From NCBI GenBank assembly GCA_951406725.2, contig OX597826.1:18352001-18416000 (forward strand): a stretch of 64,000 nucleotides of DNA, in the 5' to 3' direction. Origin of the DNA: Octopus vulgaris. Its lineage: Eukaryota. Shown in pieces: positions 42,806-55,546 of the stretch (position 1 is the stretch's first letter; each line of letters opens with the position of its first letter). A model generated the notes under the pieces. The model searched no databases, was not told where the DNA came from, and worked only from the letters and a program-made list of their open reading frames with translations. The position numbers and the translations under genes were made by a program.

Positions 42806-43440
42806 AGGGAAGAGTAGTTAAATGTGTGATGCTTTTATTTATATTCATGTTAATAGCATGTGGCAAGGAATATAAAGTTTGTCTATTGAGACGTACAGCA
42901 GTTATTTTTGCAATGTCCAGCTAAGAATAGGAATGTTTATACATAGAATACAAACATGCATGCACACATGCACATGTAAACAACACATGTGCACACTAAG
43001 AAACACACAAAACACATTCACAAACTTTAGGGGTTACGTTTGTACATATGTATGATGTCATAGGTTATGTGATAGGATGGATGTATGGTGCAGAAAATGG
43101 GGGTTACCTATACCCAATACGTATGATGTGTTATGATGTGGGGATCTATGTGTGCAGGCATGATGGCTCATAAGTGCAGGTGTGTTTGTGTGGTAAGAGA
43201 TTTGCTCCCTATTGACATAGTTTTGGTTCAGTCACACTGCATGGCATCTGGGGCAAGAACACAAGTATCTTTTACTACAGCCTTGGGCCAACTAAAGCTT
43301 TGTAAGTGGATTTGGTAAACAGAAACTGAAAGAGGCCCAAATGTGTGTGTCTATGTGCTTGTCCCCCACCACCACTTGACAACCAGTGTTGGTTTATTTA
43401 CAACCTCATAGCATAGTAGTTTCGCAAAGATACCAATAGA

Positions 43441-43808
43441 ATAACTACCAGACTTTTAAAAACGAATTAAATATTGGGGGTGATTTGTATAACTAAATCA
43501 TTCAAGGTGGTGCCCCAGCATGGCCGTAGTCCAATAACTAAAACAAGTAAAAAGCAAAGGTAGATTTTAGTAAAAAAAAAAAAGACAGACTTTACAAGAA
43601 AAAGTTTGACAGTGACAGGTAAACCAAAACTTTGAAGTCCCTGTCAAACTTTTTCTTGTAAAAGTCTGTCTTTTTTTTTTTACTAAAATCTACCTTTGCT
43701 TTTTACTTGTTTTAGTTATTGGACTACGGCCATGCTGGGGCACCACCTTGAAGGATTTAGTTGTACAAATCATCCCCAATATTTAATTCTTTTTTAAAAG
43801 TCTGGTAG

Positions 43809-43812
<4 letters not shown>
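43441..43812. repeat. ~175-bp inverted duplication (SINE 3' part plus unique flank)
   Basis: 43441-43616 vs 43637-43812 are reverse complements with few mismatches; 20-bp spacer; ends in (TA)n. Confidence 0.92.
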
Positions 43813-43843
<31 letters not shown>

Positions 43844-43959
43844 ACTTATAAATAAGGGCAAACGAAAAAAGTTTTTTCGTTTTTTTCGTTTGCCCTTATT
43901 TATAAGTTGTTTATGAATTTAACCGTTAAATTTTTTTTTTTTTAAATTTTATCCTATAT

Positions 43960-43993
<34 letters not shown>

Positions 43994-43994
<1 letters not shown>

Positions 43995-44230
43995 TGTTGT
44001 GTCTGGGGAGAGTCATTTTTGTGCCTTATAATGTAACACATGCACCGGTAAAATTTCCACTTTTTTCTTATTTTTATTTTCCTAAAATTTTCATTGCGTC
44101 TTGTAACCTTTTCAATAGTCTTGACTCTTATAAGGCGCAAAAAGAAAATGACTCTCCTCAGACACAACAGAATATGCTTCAACACAAGAAATCATATAAA
44201 GAATCTTGCAAACCAAATCCAAAAATGAAA
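43994..44230. mobile_element. Dispersed repeat with partial inverted duplication between TA tracts; same family as 25-165 in opposite orientation
   Basis: CTGTTGTGTCTGGGGAGAGTCATTTT...GCCTTATAA at 43994 is mirrored by TTATAAGGCGC...GACACAACAG ending at 44170; 43994-44127 is the reverse complement of ~25-163. Confidence 0.7.
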
Positions 44231-45286
44231 TATATATATATAACACATATGTGTATATTTATAAACATGACAATAAAATTATTGTGGGCTAAATAAATAA
44301 GGATGTAAACACATTCGTTCTAAGCTACTGACACAAGGGAAAAGAAGAGAGAGGAAGTCTTCCCACGAGTTGTTTTATGGTTTGTTGACCATTCCTTATG
44401 GAGACATTCCTGACATCCTTCTCCAATAAATAGCATAAGTCAGCCACTATATAAAGCACATGAATATACAAAGTCATTAATTAGGCAAGTAACATGGTGG
44501 ATAGCCTAATCTGCATAATTGTGCTTTGGTTAACTCATCATTAATTTGAACATCACAAAGTGAACTTATTCATGAGTGCTTTATAAAGGAACTGATCCAT
44601 ACCATTGATTGTCTTCTCTGAGGAACCGGTCAACAAATCATGATACAGTCTATAAGGAAACTCCCTCCATTTTTTTTTTTGCATACCAATTGCCAAGAAA
44701 GATTGTGCTTGATTAAACAGTATCTATTTTATGCACAACATAGTGTAAGTTCAAAGGTGAATTTAAACATTATGAAACCTCACTGTAAATTGAATAATAC
44801 AAACATATTCTTTTTGTGCTGTTGAGGAGAGGAAAAATGAGGAGGGCATCTCCTGATGGATCATTCCATGGTTTGTTATTTGCTCCTCAGATAAGATATA
44901 TCTGACTTCTTTTCCAATCATTAGTATAGGTTAGTTGCTATATAAAGCAGACATGAATTAAGCCAGCTTTATAATGTTTAAATTTAAAGGTACAAATATG
45001 CAAATTCAATTATGCCCCATAGTGCTAGTTTACGCAGTACCAACACTAAAGAGGGTTCCATATCCACCATTTGACCCTATGATTCGTCTAGTTATTCACC
45101 AACTACCTTATGATGTCTGTTGGGTACACATCATGTCACCAGCACACAAGGTGTTTTCATGTCCTTGATAAGACAGGGCTAAAAGGTGCTTTTAAATTTA
45201 CAGTGTCCACTTATCTGCCATCGACTTAACAGAGTGTACTTGGTGCAATTTATCATGCTATAAATGTTTTTATCAGTACAAGTACA

Positions 45287-45319
<33 letters not shown>

Positions 45320-45320
45320 G

Positions 45321-45393
<73 letters not shown>

Positions 45394-46039
45394 TTATCTA
45401 TCTATCTGTCTATGTGTGTGTGTGTTTGCATGCATGCATGTGCAGTTGTGTGTCTATAGATGGATATATAGCAGTTTGACTTGGCTCCATAAGACTTGAA
45501 GTTTTATGCAGATAAGATGACTCCATCTCATAAGATATGAGAAGAGTCAGAAATTTGAGACAAATTCAAGATGGCCTTGAGATACTAGACCTTTATTCAT
45601 CAGCTCAGGTCATCTTGTGTTAAAGCTGTGAAAACAACAACAGCTATTTTCTTTGTTTTTAGGCCTACTTGCAAGGATAGGACATTGGCAGGATGCTGGC
45701 TCCACTATGGCAGCAGATTGCAGTATAATACATAAAGTGACATCAGTTCCTTGTATTGGATGTCACACATAGTAGGATGGGATGCTGGCATGGATCAGTA
45801 GCTCAGTTATCATTCAGTAGGGTGCTACCAAATTATGAGCGACAGTCTTTAAATGGGAGTGAGCAGATTTGCTAGGGTTCAGTTAAAATTGAGGCTGGAT
45901 GACCAGTGTGGGTAGGGCCAAAGTCTATTCAGGCAGCAGGGATTAAATTTCATTCCCTTGCAAGTGGGACAGCCAGTCCTAGGGTGGTATATCTAGATTG
46001 TCATCCGTCAGTGGCTTGAAGTTCATTAACAGGGTCCAA

Positions 46040-46185
46040 TTTTCCTGTTTTCTGATGAAAATGTAGTCAATCTGGCTTGTGTTCCCACCAGATTTGATAA
46101 GTTAACTGACTGGTTTCCTGAAGTTAGTATTGCAAATCATAAAGTCGTTTGCATCACAGAATTCCAGTAGCTTTGTTCTATCCAA
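46040..46185 (-). mobile_element. RTE LINE endonuclease fragment
   Basis: RTKLLEFCDANDFMICNTNFRKPVS*LIKSGGNTSQIDYIFIRK. Confidence 0.7.
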
Positions 46186-46257
46186 TGCCATTGACTGTTC
46201 ACCAATACTGAAAAGAGGAGACATATGGATTTAATCCAATTTAATCCAAACACATTG

Positions 46258-46296
<39 letters not shown>

Positions 46297-47988
46297 ATGT
46301 ATGTATGTATGTATGTATGTATGTATGTATGTATACCAACATGCTTCCACATTATTAGATCCTTTAATTAGCTGCAGGATATTTACTCCATTGTGGTACA
46401 TATTGATTGTTTCCACTTATCCACTTATCCACTTTTTCCACTTTTTTCTATTTGATAAGTTTCAGGATGATTATTATTCTTAGTTTATCAACTCTCATTT
46501 CTGCTCAGCTCTATACTCGCCTTTACCTCTAGCTTTCAGGCATTACCATTCATCATTTACCACACAGCATGTATCATTTAATCATTTATCATTTATTGCT
46601 TAGATTTCCATGGCTTACCTCTTCCACCCACCTCTTCCACCTTTTTATGTTATTCACTGTTTAGTTTATTTCTTATTTCATATATTTCACAATACCCTTC
46701 CACAGTCCACACTTTAATTGTATGTTTTTTTCACTTATATTTATATTATTATTCTTTATTTTCATTCTAAATTATTTATCCTATATTTCAGGTCTCATTA
46801 TTATATACTTTATACATGTTTACATTATTATATATTTTGTCATTTTATATCATTATTATTATTATTCTATATATCTGATCTATATATTACTCACCTTATT
46901 TGGAATATATTATTCTTTATAGTATTTTTCATTGCTTTATTTATCAGATCATATATTTTAAATATTATATGTTCATTTGTATTTATATTTCCGTTTTATA
47001 TTACTATTTCATATATCCATTTTATGTGTCATAGTTTTTTTAACTCTTTTATAGTTCCAAATATTTTCAAACACACCTTAAATAGCATTCACTCATCCTG
47101 TGATACATGTATACACACTACAAGATGTCTCCCACCCCTCCCCAAACTTTTCCTAGCCTATTTACTGTCTAGTATAAATTAAATTAATTACAGACCTATT
47201 TTAACAGCAACCCACCCATACCCGCATCATTAACCCTGTATCTTTTATCTTTTACTGATTTCACTCATCAGAATGTGGCCATGCTGAGGCACTGCCTCAA
47301 AGAATTTTAGTCAAATGAATCAACCCCAATCTCTACTTTTATTTTAAGCTTGGTACTTATTCTATTGGTCTCTTTTACCAAACTGCTAAGTTACAGGGAT
47401 GTAAACACACCAGCATCGGTTGTCAAGTGGTGGTGGAGGACAAACACAAACACAAAGATACACACACACACATAGATATATAAACATATGTATATGTATG
47501 TGTGTATGTATATACTTTATCTAAAAGCAGCAGAAATATATTGTTACTCAGAAATAACGTTATGATCAAAACTAGTTAAAGGATATACCTTTAAAAATGG
47601 ATTTGTTTCAAATAATGGTCTTAAGCATGCGATAAACAAAATAAACAAAACAAATGAATTCAATATAAATTCATTCTATTATAAAAAATCGAGGAAAAAC
47701 CTTAAATCGAAGAGCGGATTCAAAATACATATTGTCATTAATTATATATGCAATATAATTCGATTAATACAATTAATATATTAAAATTAAAATATTTCAC
47801 AACAGTATATATGCATACTAAACCAGCAATATACATATATACATCAAAATACACAGATGGATATACAAAGACCACATACATATGCAGATATATATATGTA
47901 AGATGTAAATATATTATTCTATATTACTCTACCTCTGGTATTTGAGTACTCTTTTATTCCACCTTGTTTCACATTTATGTGCTTACTC

Positions 47989-48029
<41 letters not shown>

Positions 48030-48030
<1 letters not shown>

Positions 48031-48583
48031 CATATCTGATATCCTCACTGTAAAATAAGAATGATCTCGTTTGAGATTACAGCCATCTTTGGCTGGTTTG
48101 TCCCTGTTGTGTCCACTGATCTGATTGGTTGGCATGTGGCGCGGTTTGTCTCTCTACTTATTTCGCGCCACTGTGTAAAGCTAGCCAATCATGGCCTTCG
48201 GGTAAGGCCTGCTTCTTTGAGCCATTTTTTCCCTATAAAAAGGCCAACTTTCACTATTCTTCATCTGTTGCTTGAATTGGAACATGGCTGAGCAGCTCTG
48301 TGGTCAGTGACTAGACCTTAAAAGGTCTGGAGTCAAAAGATGAAGAATAGTGAAAGTTGGCCCTTTTATAGGGAAAAAATGGCTCAAAGAAGCAGGCCTT
48401 ATCCGAAGGCTGTGATTGGCTAGCTTTACACAGTGGCATGAAATAAAGTAGAGAGACAAACTGCGCCACATGCTAACCAATCAGATCAGTGGACACAACA
48501 GGGACAAACCAGCCAAAGATGGCTGTAATCTCAAACGAGATCATTCTTATTTTGTCTCTCAAACAGTGAGGATATTAGATATG

Positions 48584-48584
<1 letters not shown>
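48030..48584. mobile_element. Long palindromic (foldback) MITE-like element in (TA)n
   Basis: Arms 48030-48266 and 48338-48584 are near-perfect reverse complements with a ~70-bp spacer; (TA)n on both sides. Confidence 0.9.
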
Positions 48585-48638
<54 letters not shown>

Positions 48639-48643
48639 AATGT

Positions 48644-49389
48644 ATGTGTGTTTATTCAGTGTTTACAATTAACACGGAAAAAAATAATAAATGGAGTTAA
48701 ACGCAGGTGTTATTTAAATACAATATCTAATCATTACTCTACAGTTAGACATATCAATACTGGGCTTAGTAAATTAATCTGGATCGTAATAAACAATTTG
48801 ATTTGGAATGGAATATACTCTCTGTATCTTTTCCATATGATAAAGGTAAATCTTTTTGTCCACTTTGTAACACTGAGATGTAACACTGTTCTCAGAGAAT
48901 TTCCTTGTAAACATATTTATAGAAAGTGTTTATCATTGCAAACATTGGCAGAAACATACCTTTAGTTTCTATAAGTGATTTCTACCATTCTATAAAATTT
49001 GACCGTTGATTGTCTTCTTACATTTCACTTCCATTAAATATATCTCCTTCCATGCCTTTAAGCTTTATTCTAAATCACCTATCGCTCTATATCTCTCCAC
49101 TATTTGTTTTCTGCCAATTTCTTTCTCCTCCTTCCTTTTCTATAAACTACCTTGACGTTGTATCTACTAACAGTTTTTTTTAAAAAAAGCTTGTTAGTGT
49201 TCCCTTCAGCATATATGCAGTCATCACATTCTGTTAAAATGTCTCATTGATGTGTTTGATTTCTTTCTTTCCCTGATGTGAAGATTGCATTGTTTTACAC
49301 CATTTTATTCCTTCTGGAATAATACCAATGATTTCTTCGAAACATATGTCAGAAGTAAAAAGAATTAAATAACACCTGCATTTAACTCC

Positions 49390-49394
<5 letters not shown>
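48644..49394 (+). mobile_element. Short Naiad-type PLE relic (GIY-YIG C-terminus plus 3' UTR) with 30-bp inverted ends between TA tracts
   Basis: 48720-48978 reads TISNHYSTVRHINTGLSKLIW / DRNKQFDLEWNILSVSFPYDKGKSFCPLCNTE / YHCKHWQKH, matching the endonuclease C-terminus of the 54-kb element. Inverted repeat 48688-48717 vs 49365-49394 (29/30). Confidence 0.75.
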
Positions 49395-49423
<29 letters not shown>

Positions 49424-49429
<6 letters not shown>

Positions 49430-49614
49430 GATATCCTCACTGTTTGAGAGACAAAATAAGAATGATCTCTTTTGAGATTACAGCCATCTTTGGCTGGTTT
49501 GTCCCTGTTCTGTCCACTGATCTGATTGGTTGGCATGTGGCGTGGTTTGTCTCTCTACTTATTTCGCGCCAGTGTGTAAAGCTAGCCAATCACGGCCTTC
49601 AGATAAGGCCTGCT

Positions 49615-49620
<6 letters not shown>
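49424..49620. mobile_element. Single-arm copy of the 48030-48584 foldback element
   Basis: Near-identical to one arm; (TA)n on both sides. Confidence 0.88.
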
Positions 49621-49669
<49 letters not shown>

Positions 49670-49699
49670 GTTTCTTTCAGTTTCTGCCTACCAAATCCA

Positions 49700-50790
49700 C
49701 CCAGGCTATCCAGGAAGGGGCCATACCCAATGATTGGTGTAGCAACTTTATAGTCAACTGCTACAAAGGTAAAAGGGATGACTTAGAAGTAATTACAGAA
49801 GTACCATATTAGGGGATCAAGTCATGAAATTTACTGAGAAGCTCATAGCTCAGCTAATTAGGAAGAGGAGTAGCCTGGATGAGATGTAGTTTAGTTTTGT
49901 ACCAGGGAAAAGCACTGCTGATTCTATCTTCCTAGTAAGGCAAACTACAAGAGAAGCATTTAGTGAAAAACAAACCTCTGTACTTAGCATTTGTTGACAT
50001 AGAGATAGCCTTTGACGGGGTTCCTCATTCTCTCATCTGGTGGTTAATGCAGAAGCTAGGGATAGATGAGCAGTTGGTGAGAGCCATACAAGCCATGTAC
50101 AAGAATGCTGTCAGTAAGGTGAAAGTCAGCAATGAGTATAACAAGGAATTGAGTGAGCAGGTAGGAGTTACCCTTGAAAGCTCCTCTATGCTTGACAACC
50201 TTGTTCTTATAGCAGAATCTCTACTAGAATTAGAAAAGAGATTTCAGGTATTGAAGCAAGAACTAAAATCAAAGGTTTAATTTAGCAATTTAGCAAAGAT
50301 CAAAGTGCTAGTAAGTAGGAAGGCAAATAAATAACTAATCCCTTCAGGGAGATGACCCTGCTCATTATGTAGAAAAGGTGTTGGTATAAATTCCATACAG
50401 TGCAAGCTATGGACACATGAGGGTCTGTACAATCGCTGAAAGGTTAACAGAAAAAGTAGCCTTTAAATGTAGCCAATGTACAAGCACAATAAATACTAAG
50501 AATATACAAGAAATAGATTTCCTTAAATGTCCAGGAGATCCTTAGAGATAGTAGATAGTTTCTGTTACCTAGATGACCAAATTAACTGCAGTGGACGTGG
50601 CTCCAAAAGTGTAATTACTAGAAATAAGAACAGGCTGGGCAAAGGATCTCTCCCTCAGAGTGAAAGGCAGACTGTATGATGCCTGTGTACAGACTGCTAT
50701 GCTACATACTGAAGCATTGGCTGTGACTGCAAATGACAAGCAAAGTCTTGTAAGGACTGATGCCAGCATGCTCCACTGAATGGGCAATCT
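49700..50790 (+). mobile_element. RTE-clade LINE fragment (RT, PHD, thumb)
   Basis: IPNDWCSNFIVNCYKGK; KNKPLYLAFVDIEIAFDGVPHSLIWWLMQKLG; PHD remnant near 50340-50480; SLRVKGRLYDACVQTAML. Confidence 0.82.
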
Positions 50791-51271
50791 TCAGGTGTTG
50801 AACCTCATTGAGGAATTAACCAAGGACTGACGCATTTGGTAATTTGATGTGCTTAAGATGACATGCCCAGCTAAGTAAACTCAGACTATACAGGCTTGTT
50901 CGTTATGTTCATCCCCCCACCACACACAAAGTTTGTCCTCCCCCATCCAAATCCCCACAACAACCCATCTTTCCAACACCACTTTCCCCCGCCGTGAAAA
51001 CTACCTGATATATACCCACTCCACTCTGCTTCACATGCCTACCTGCATACAATCACCCTCACTGCCCTCACATATCAACTCATAGAACCCCCTTGAGCCA
51101 CTTCTGTCCCATCTCTAAACATCTCTCATCACACTCTTATAAAACATTCCCCCTCTATCACTCCTTGCCAGTTCACCCTGGCTAATCCACTGAATTACAT
51201 ATACAACATATATTCACTTATATTCATCCTCACTGTAGGTGTCCTAACACATGTCCACCGTATTCTATCTC

Positions 51272-51312
<41 letters not shown>

Positions 51313-51569
51313 CTGCCTTTCTTCCTCTCTGTTTTTATCTCTCCTTTTCAACCAGGGCAGCCATGCACCTCCTCTATCACTTTAACCTCTCAAAAGGTAC
51401 AAAGCTACCTCCCTCAATACTACTGCCCCTCACAGTCAGGAGTCTTTGACTTGCAAGTGACTTGGTGATCCTGCTGGTGCTGGTGCCATGTAAAAAAAGA
51501 ACCCAGTACACTCTGTAAAATGGTCGTCATTAGGAAGGGCATCTGCCAGTGAGGATAATGGATGTTACG

Positions 51570-51603
<34 letters not shown>

Positions 51604-51763
51604 ATATAAAAGCACCCTGTACACTCTGTAAAGTGGTTGGTATTAGGAAGAGCGTCCAGCTGTAGAAATCATGCCAAAACAGACACGGAGCCTGAACAAC
51701 CCTTCAGCTGGTCAGCACCTATTAAACTATCCACCCCATGCCAGCATGGAAAATGGATGTTAA

Positions 51764-51796
<33 letters not shown>

Positions 51797-51798
51797 AT

Positions 51799-51855
<57 letters not shown>

Positions 51856-52041
51856 GCACACAGGGCAAAATGCTCAGTGGCATTTCATCTGTCTTTATGT
51901 TCTGAGTTCAAATGCTGCCAAAGTTGACTTTGCCATCAATCCTTTCAGGGTCAATGAAATAAGTACCAGTTGAGTACTGGGGGGTGATGTAATTGACTTG
52001 CCCCTACCCAAACATTTAAGGCCTTGTGTCAATAGTAGAGA

Positions 52042-52077
<36 letters not shown>

Positions 52078-52559
52078 TCATCATCATCATTTAGGGCCAT
52101 TTTTTGCACACTGGCATCAATCAGATTGAATTTGTTGAAGTAGATTTTCCACTGCCTTTCCTTTTGCCAGCCCTCACCTGTTTACAAGCAAGGTAATATT
52201 TGTCATGGCCAAACATCTATCACAAAAGACTGGAAACAAATGACATGCTCATTTACAACTTCTTGTGGTATCTTGACAAGGGTATACACAAACACACAAA
52301 CACAATGAGTTTCTTTCAGTGACCAACTACCAAATTCACTCAAGGCTTTGGTTAGTCTATGGAAAAGAGTCTGGAACAATAACTATTGGAAGGGACCATG
52401 ATCAATGTGTGCAGAGCCATTGGTCTGACCACTCTCTTGTAATGGCTCAAAGTTGTGGGTTACTTATCAGCACCCCCTGCAACTCCTTGAGGGATTCTAT
52501 CAGTGCTGCCTTTGTATCATTCTTGGATTTCACTGGAGTGACATTGTTGATAGCTTTAA

Positions 52560-52960
52560 GGTACTAGCATCCCAAAGGCTGTGACTCTGCTGGAGCACTG
52601 CCTGTGTTATCACTTCTTTAATGGCCATTCTTATGTTTGACATTGCTGCTTTCTTTTGGGTTTCTTGCAGTTCATCTGAGAATTTGGACAGCAGGAGGTC
52701 AAGTTGTTTCTTGAAAACATCTACCTCCTACTCCATGCAAATTTCTCCGATGTTTTGGCAAGTTATTAAGTAGCTGTGAATCCTTGAATTCCAGTCTATT
52801 GCTGAACATGGGCCTCATTCTAGACAGGATAGCTGGGACCTTTCTAGTTGGTAGCTGGTATATCTCTCAATGCCAAAGTTCGATGCTAACCCCTCCAGGA
52901 TTTTCCATACATATATCACTGCATACTTCTCCTATCTTTGCTCCAGTAGTTCAATAATTA
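52560..52960 (-). mobile_element. CR1-like LINE 3' fragment
   Basis: EKYAVIYVWKILEGLASNFGIE and DVFKKQLDLLLSKFSDE, typical of the CR1-group ORF2 C-terminus. Confidence 0.6.
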
Positions 52961-53129
52961 TAGCTCAATAGTTTAAACCCACCAAGTGACCTTAAATAAA
53001 CTACTCTACTCTGTGCTTATGTTAATTACTCCTTCTTGGAAATGACATGCTGTACTGAAGCTCCAATACAAACAAGAGTGGATAGAGCTGGAAAAGAAAT
53101 AAAATCAGAGAGGATCAGAGAGGGAAAAC

Positions 53130-53644
53130 AACACTGACAAGTTAGCTGACCAGATGTTAGGGGTGATGTGGTCACAGAAATTGTCTGACAGCCATGACTG
53201 GGTTCTCCTGTTAGTGTGGCACAGTACAAAGTCCTGTTCCCAGACATAGGGTCTTCCAACAGCCACCCTCTTGATCCAGGGCAGCACTAATTCCTCCAGG
53301 CATTTGATGTAGGCCTCTGTGTTGAGTCCGAGGCTGTGTGGGAAGATGAATGGAGGCATATCATCACCATCACAAGTTATCACTCCAAACACCCTGATGT
53401 TGACTGGATGTTTGATTTTTATCACTCTCTCTACATGTTCCTATGGGTGCATGTTTGTATTGGAGCTTCAGTACAGCATGTCATTTCCAAGTTTCTGGCA
53501 GAGTGAATTGCATCATGGTGCTATTTTTCTCATAGACAGTGCCCAACTGACCCTACTATACTGTATAGTCAACAAAATAAAAAACAAACAATGCATATGC
53601 ACAGAATTAAAAATATAAAATAGCGACAATTTACCCATCACACC

Positions 53645-53647
<3 letters not shown>
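53130..53647 (-). mobile_element. IS630-Tc1-mariner (maT/DD37D-like) transposon fragment, internally deleted
   Basis: Terminus TA-CAGGGTGTGATGGGTAAATTG at 53647; ORF 53105-53425(-) VFGVITCDGD..PPFIF...YVWEQDFVLCHTNRRTQSWLSDNFCDHITPNIW. Confidence 0.75.
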
Positions 53648-53685
<38 letters not shown>

Positions 53686-53796
53686 GGTCCCGGGTTGAGT
53701 CGGGGTTAACCACAGTAAATAAGGTACTCAATACATAGCAGAGTAAATTAATTTATTATATAGAAGGAGCTTCTACAGGACTAGAACTTAAAAAGA

Positions 53797-54752
53797 ACCC
53801 TCGACTTAAAAACCTCACTTTATTACCCGTACCACAAACCTAATGAATCCCTTAGATATATAGACATTAATTCCAACCACCCCAAAATATATTAGACAAC
53901 CTAGTAAAAAGTGTCTCAATTAGAATATCTAGCCTGTCCGCTACTGAAGATATCTTTAATGCCGCAGCCCCCTATTACAACGAAGCCCTGGCCCGCAGTG
54001 GCTTTAAAGATAAGATCACCTATACTAGTATAGCCCCACGCCAACCCAGGAAAAATAGGCGAAGACACATTAGCTGGTACAACCCCCCCTTCAACCGTGA
54101 GGTCGCTACACCTGTAGCTAAAATCTTCTTCACTCTCCTACAGAAACACTTCCCCACCCAACATAAGTACTATACTATCCTAAATAAGAACACCATTAGA
54201 CTCTCCTACTCTACCACGCCCAATCTAGCCAGGAACCTAGCCAACAACAACGTGAAAAAACTTAATATATCTACTCTTTCCGAGGCCCATCCAACATCCG
54301 ATAGCAATTGCAACTGCCCTGATAAAACCACCTGCCCCCTCAACAACAACTGCCTACAGAGGGACCTCGTCTATACATGCAAGGTACGATCAGGCCCCGA
54401 TGATAAAAGAAAATCGTACATCGGAATGACGTCAAACAGCTTTAAGACCCGCTGGTACGCCCACACACACTCGTTCCGGCGACCTGATAAATCCAACCAA
54501 ACTACCCTCGCCGCCCACATCTGGTACCTTAAAAGGAACTCCATCCCCTTCAAGACCAAGTGGAGACTACTACAGAAGGCGCGTTCGTACACAGGAGGCC
54601 ATACCTGCTGTGACCTTTGCATTTCCGAGAGCCTAGAGATCTTGTTCGCCAAAGGCCATCTCCTCAACAAGATCTCAGAACACTCCCCAAATTGCATGCA
54701 TAAAATTTATGCAAACTACAAGAACTATAGACCCACCCGGCAACCCGATTGA
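53797..54752 (+). pseudogene. PLE ORF remnant: RT thumb, basic linker, CxCx5C zinc knuckle and GIY-YIG endonuclease
   Basis: TLDLKTSLYYPYHKPNESLRYIDINSNHP, one frameshift at ~53885, then an open frame 53886-54752: ...RKNRRRHISWYNPPF...CNCPDKTTCPLNNNC...LVYTCKV...SYIGMTSNSFKTRWYAH...CDLCISE...LLNK...CMH. The W(F/Y)NPP and CxCx5C motifs fit the Naiad clade as I recall it. Confidence 0.88.
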
Positions 54753-54984
54753 CGACACCCCACCCACAAAAACCTCCCAACCCCACCGTTCCCCCAGCAC
54801 CCCCGATTAACTTTCCTCCTAAGACTATTCACAGATTGTATATGTACACTTGTATATATGTATTGTATATATGTATAGAAATGAATGGGTGTTAGTAGGA
54901 ATATACGCATGTATGTGAGTGCGTGTATATGTATGTGTATGTGTATGTACATGTGTATGTGTATATGTGTGGGTTTTTTTTATA

Positions 54985-55043
<59 letters not shown>

Positions 55044-55120
55044 GTATGTGTATGTATGTGTATGTATGTATATGTATGTGTATATATATATGTGTATATA
55101 TGTGTGTATGTATGTGTATA

Positions 55121-55177
<57 letters not shown>

Positions 55178-55512
55178 ATGCTCGTGTGTTCATGTATATG
55201 TAAGTATGTAGAGTTATGTGTATGTGCATGTATGTATGTATATATACATATGTGTAGATAGGTATATACGTGTATGCTTATATGTATGTTTCCGTCTGTA
55301 TAAAGGGTAACTGCATGTGTATATATATCTATTATTTATTATTCATTATTTATTACATGAGTATGCGTTTGTATGCATGTATGTATTTATGTATATAAGG
55401 AGGCGCGTGAGTGTGTATATGTGTATGCATTTGTATAAACATATGTATACATTTATGCATGTATGTGCTTGTGTGTATATGTATGTATATATATATATAT
55501 GTATGTATACAC

Positions 55513-55546
<34 letters not shown>

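Noticed and set aside
46718-47182. 154-aa hydrophobic ORF resembling a membrane or mitochondrial protein
   Set aside because: T-rich low-complexity sequence with no recognisable motif.
47260-47275. Minus-strand CTGATGA-gt-GAAA
   Set aside because: Mutated SINE-A tail with no stems.
53886-54830. Selenoprotein-type Naiad (in-frame TGA plus SECIS)
   Set aside because: All Cys positions are TGY with no in-frame TGA, and I see no SECIS. The TGA at 1560 in the other copy is not at a Cys position.
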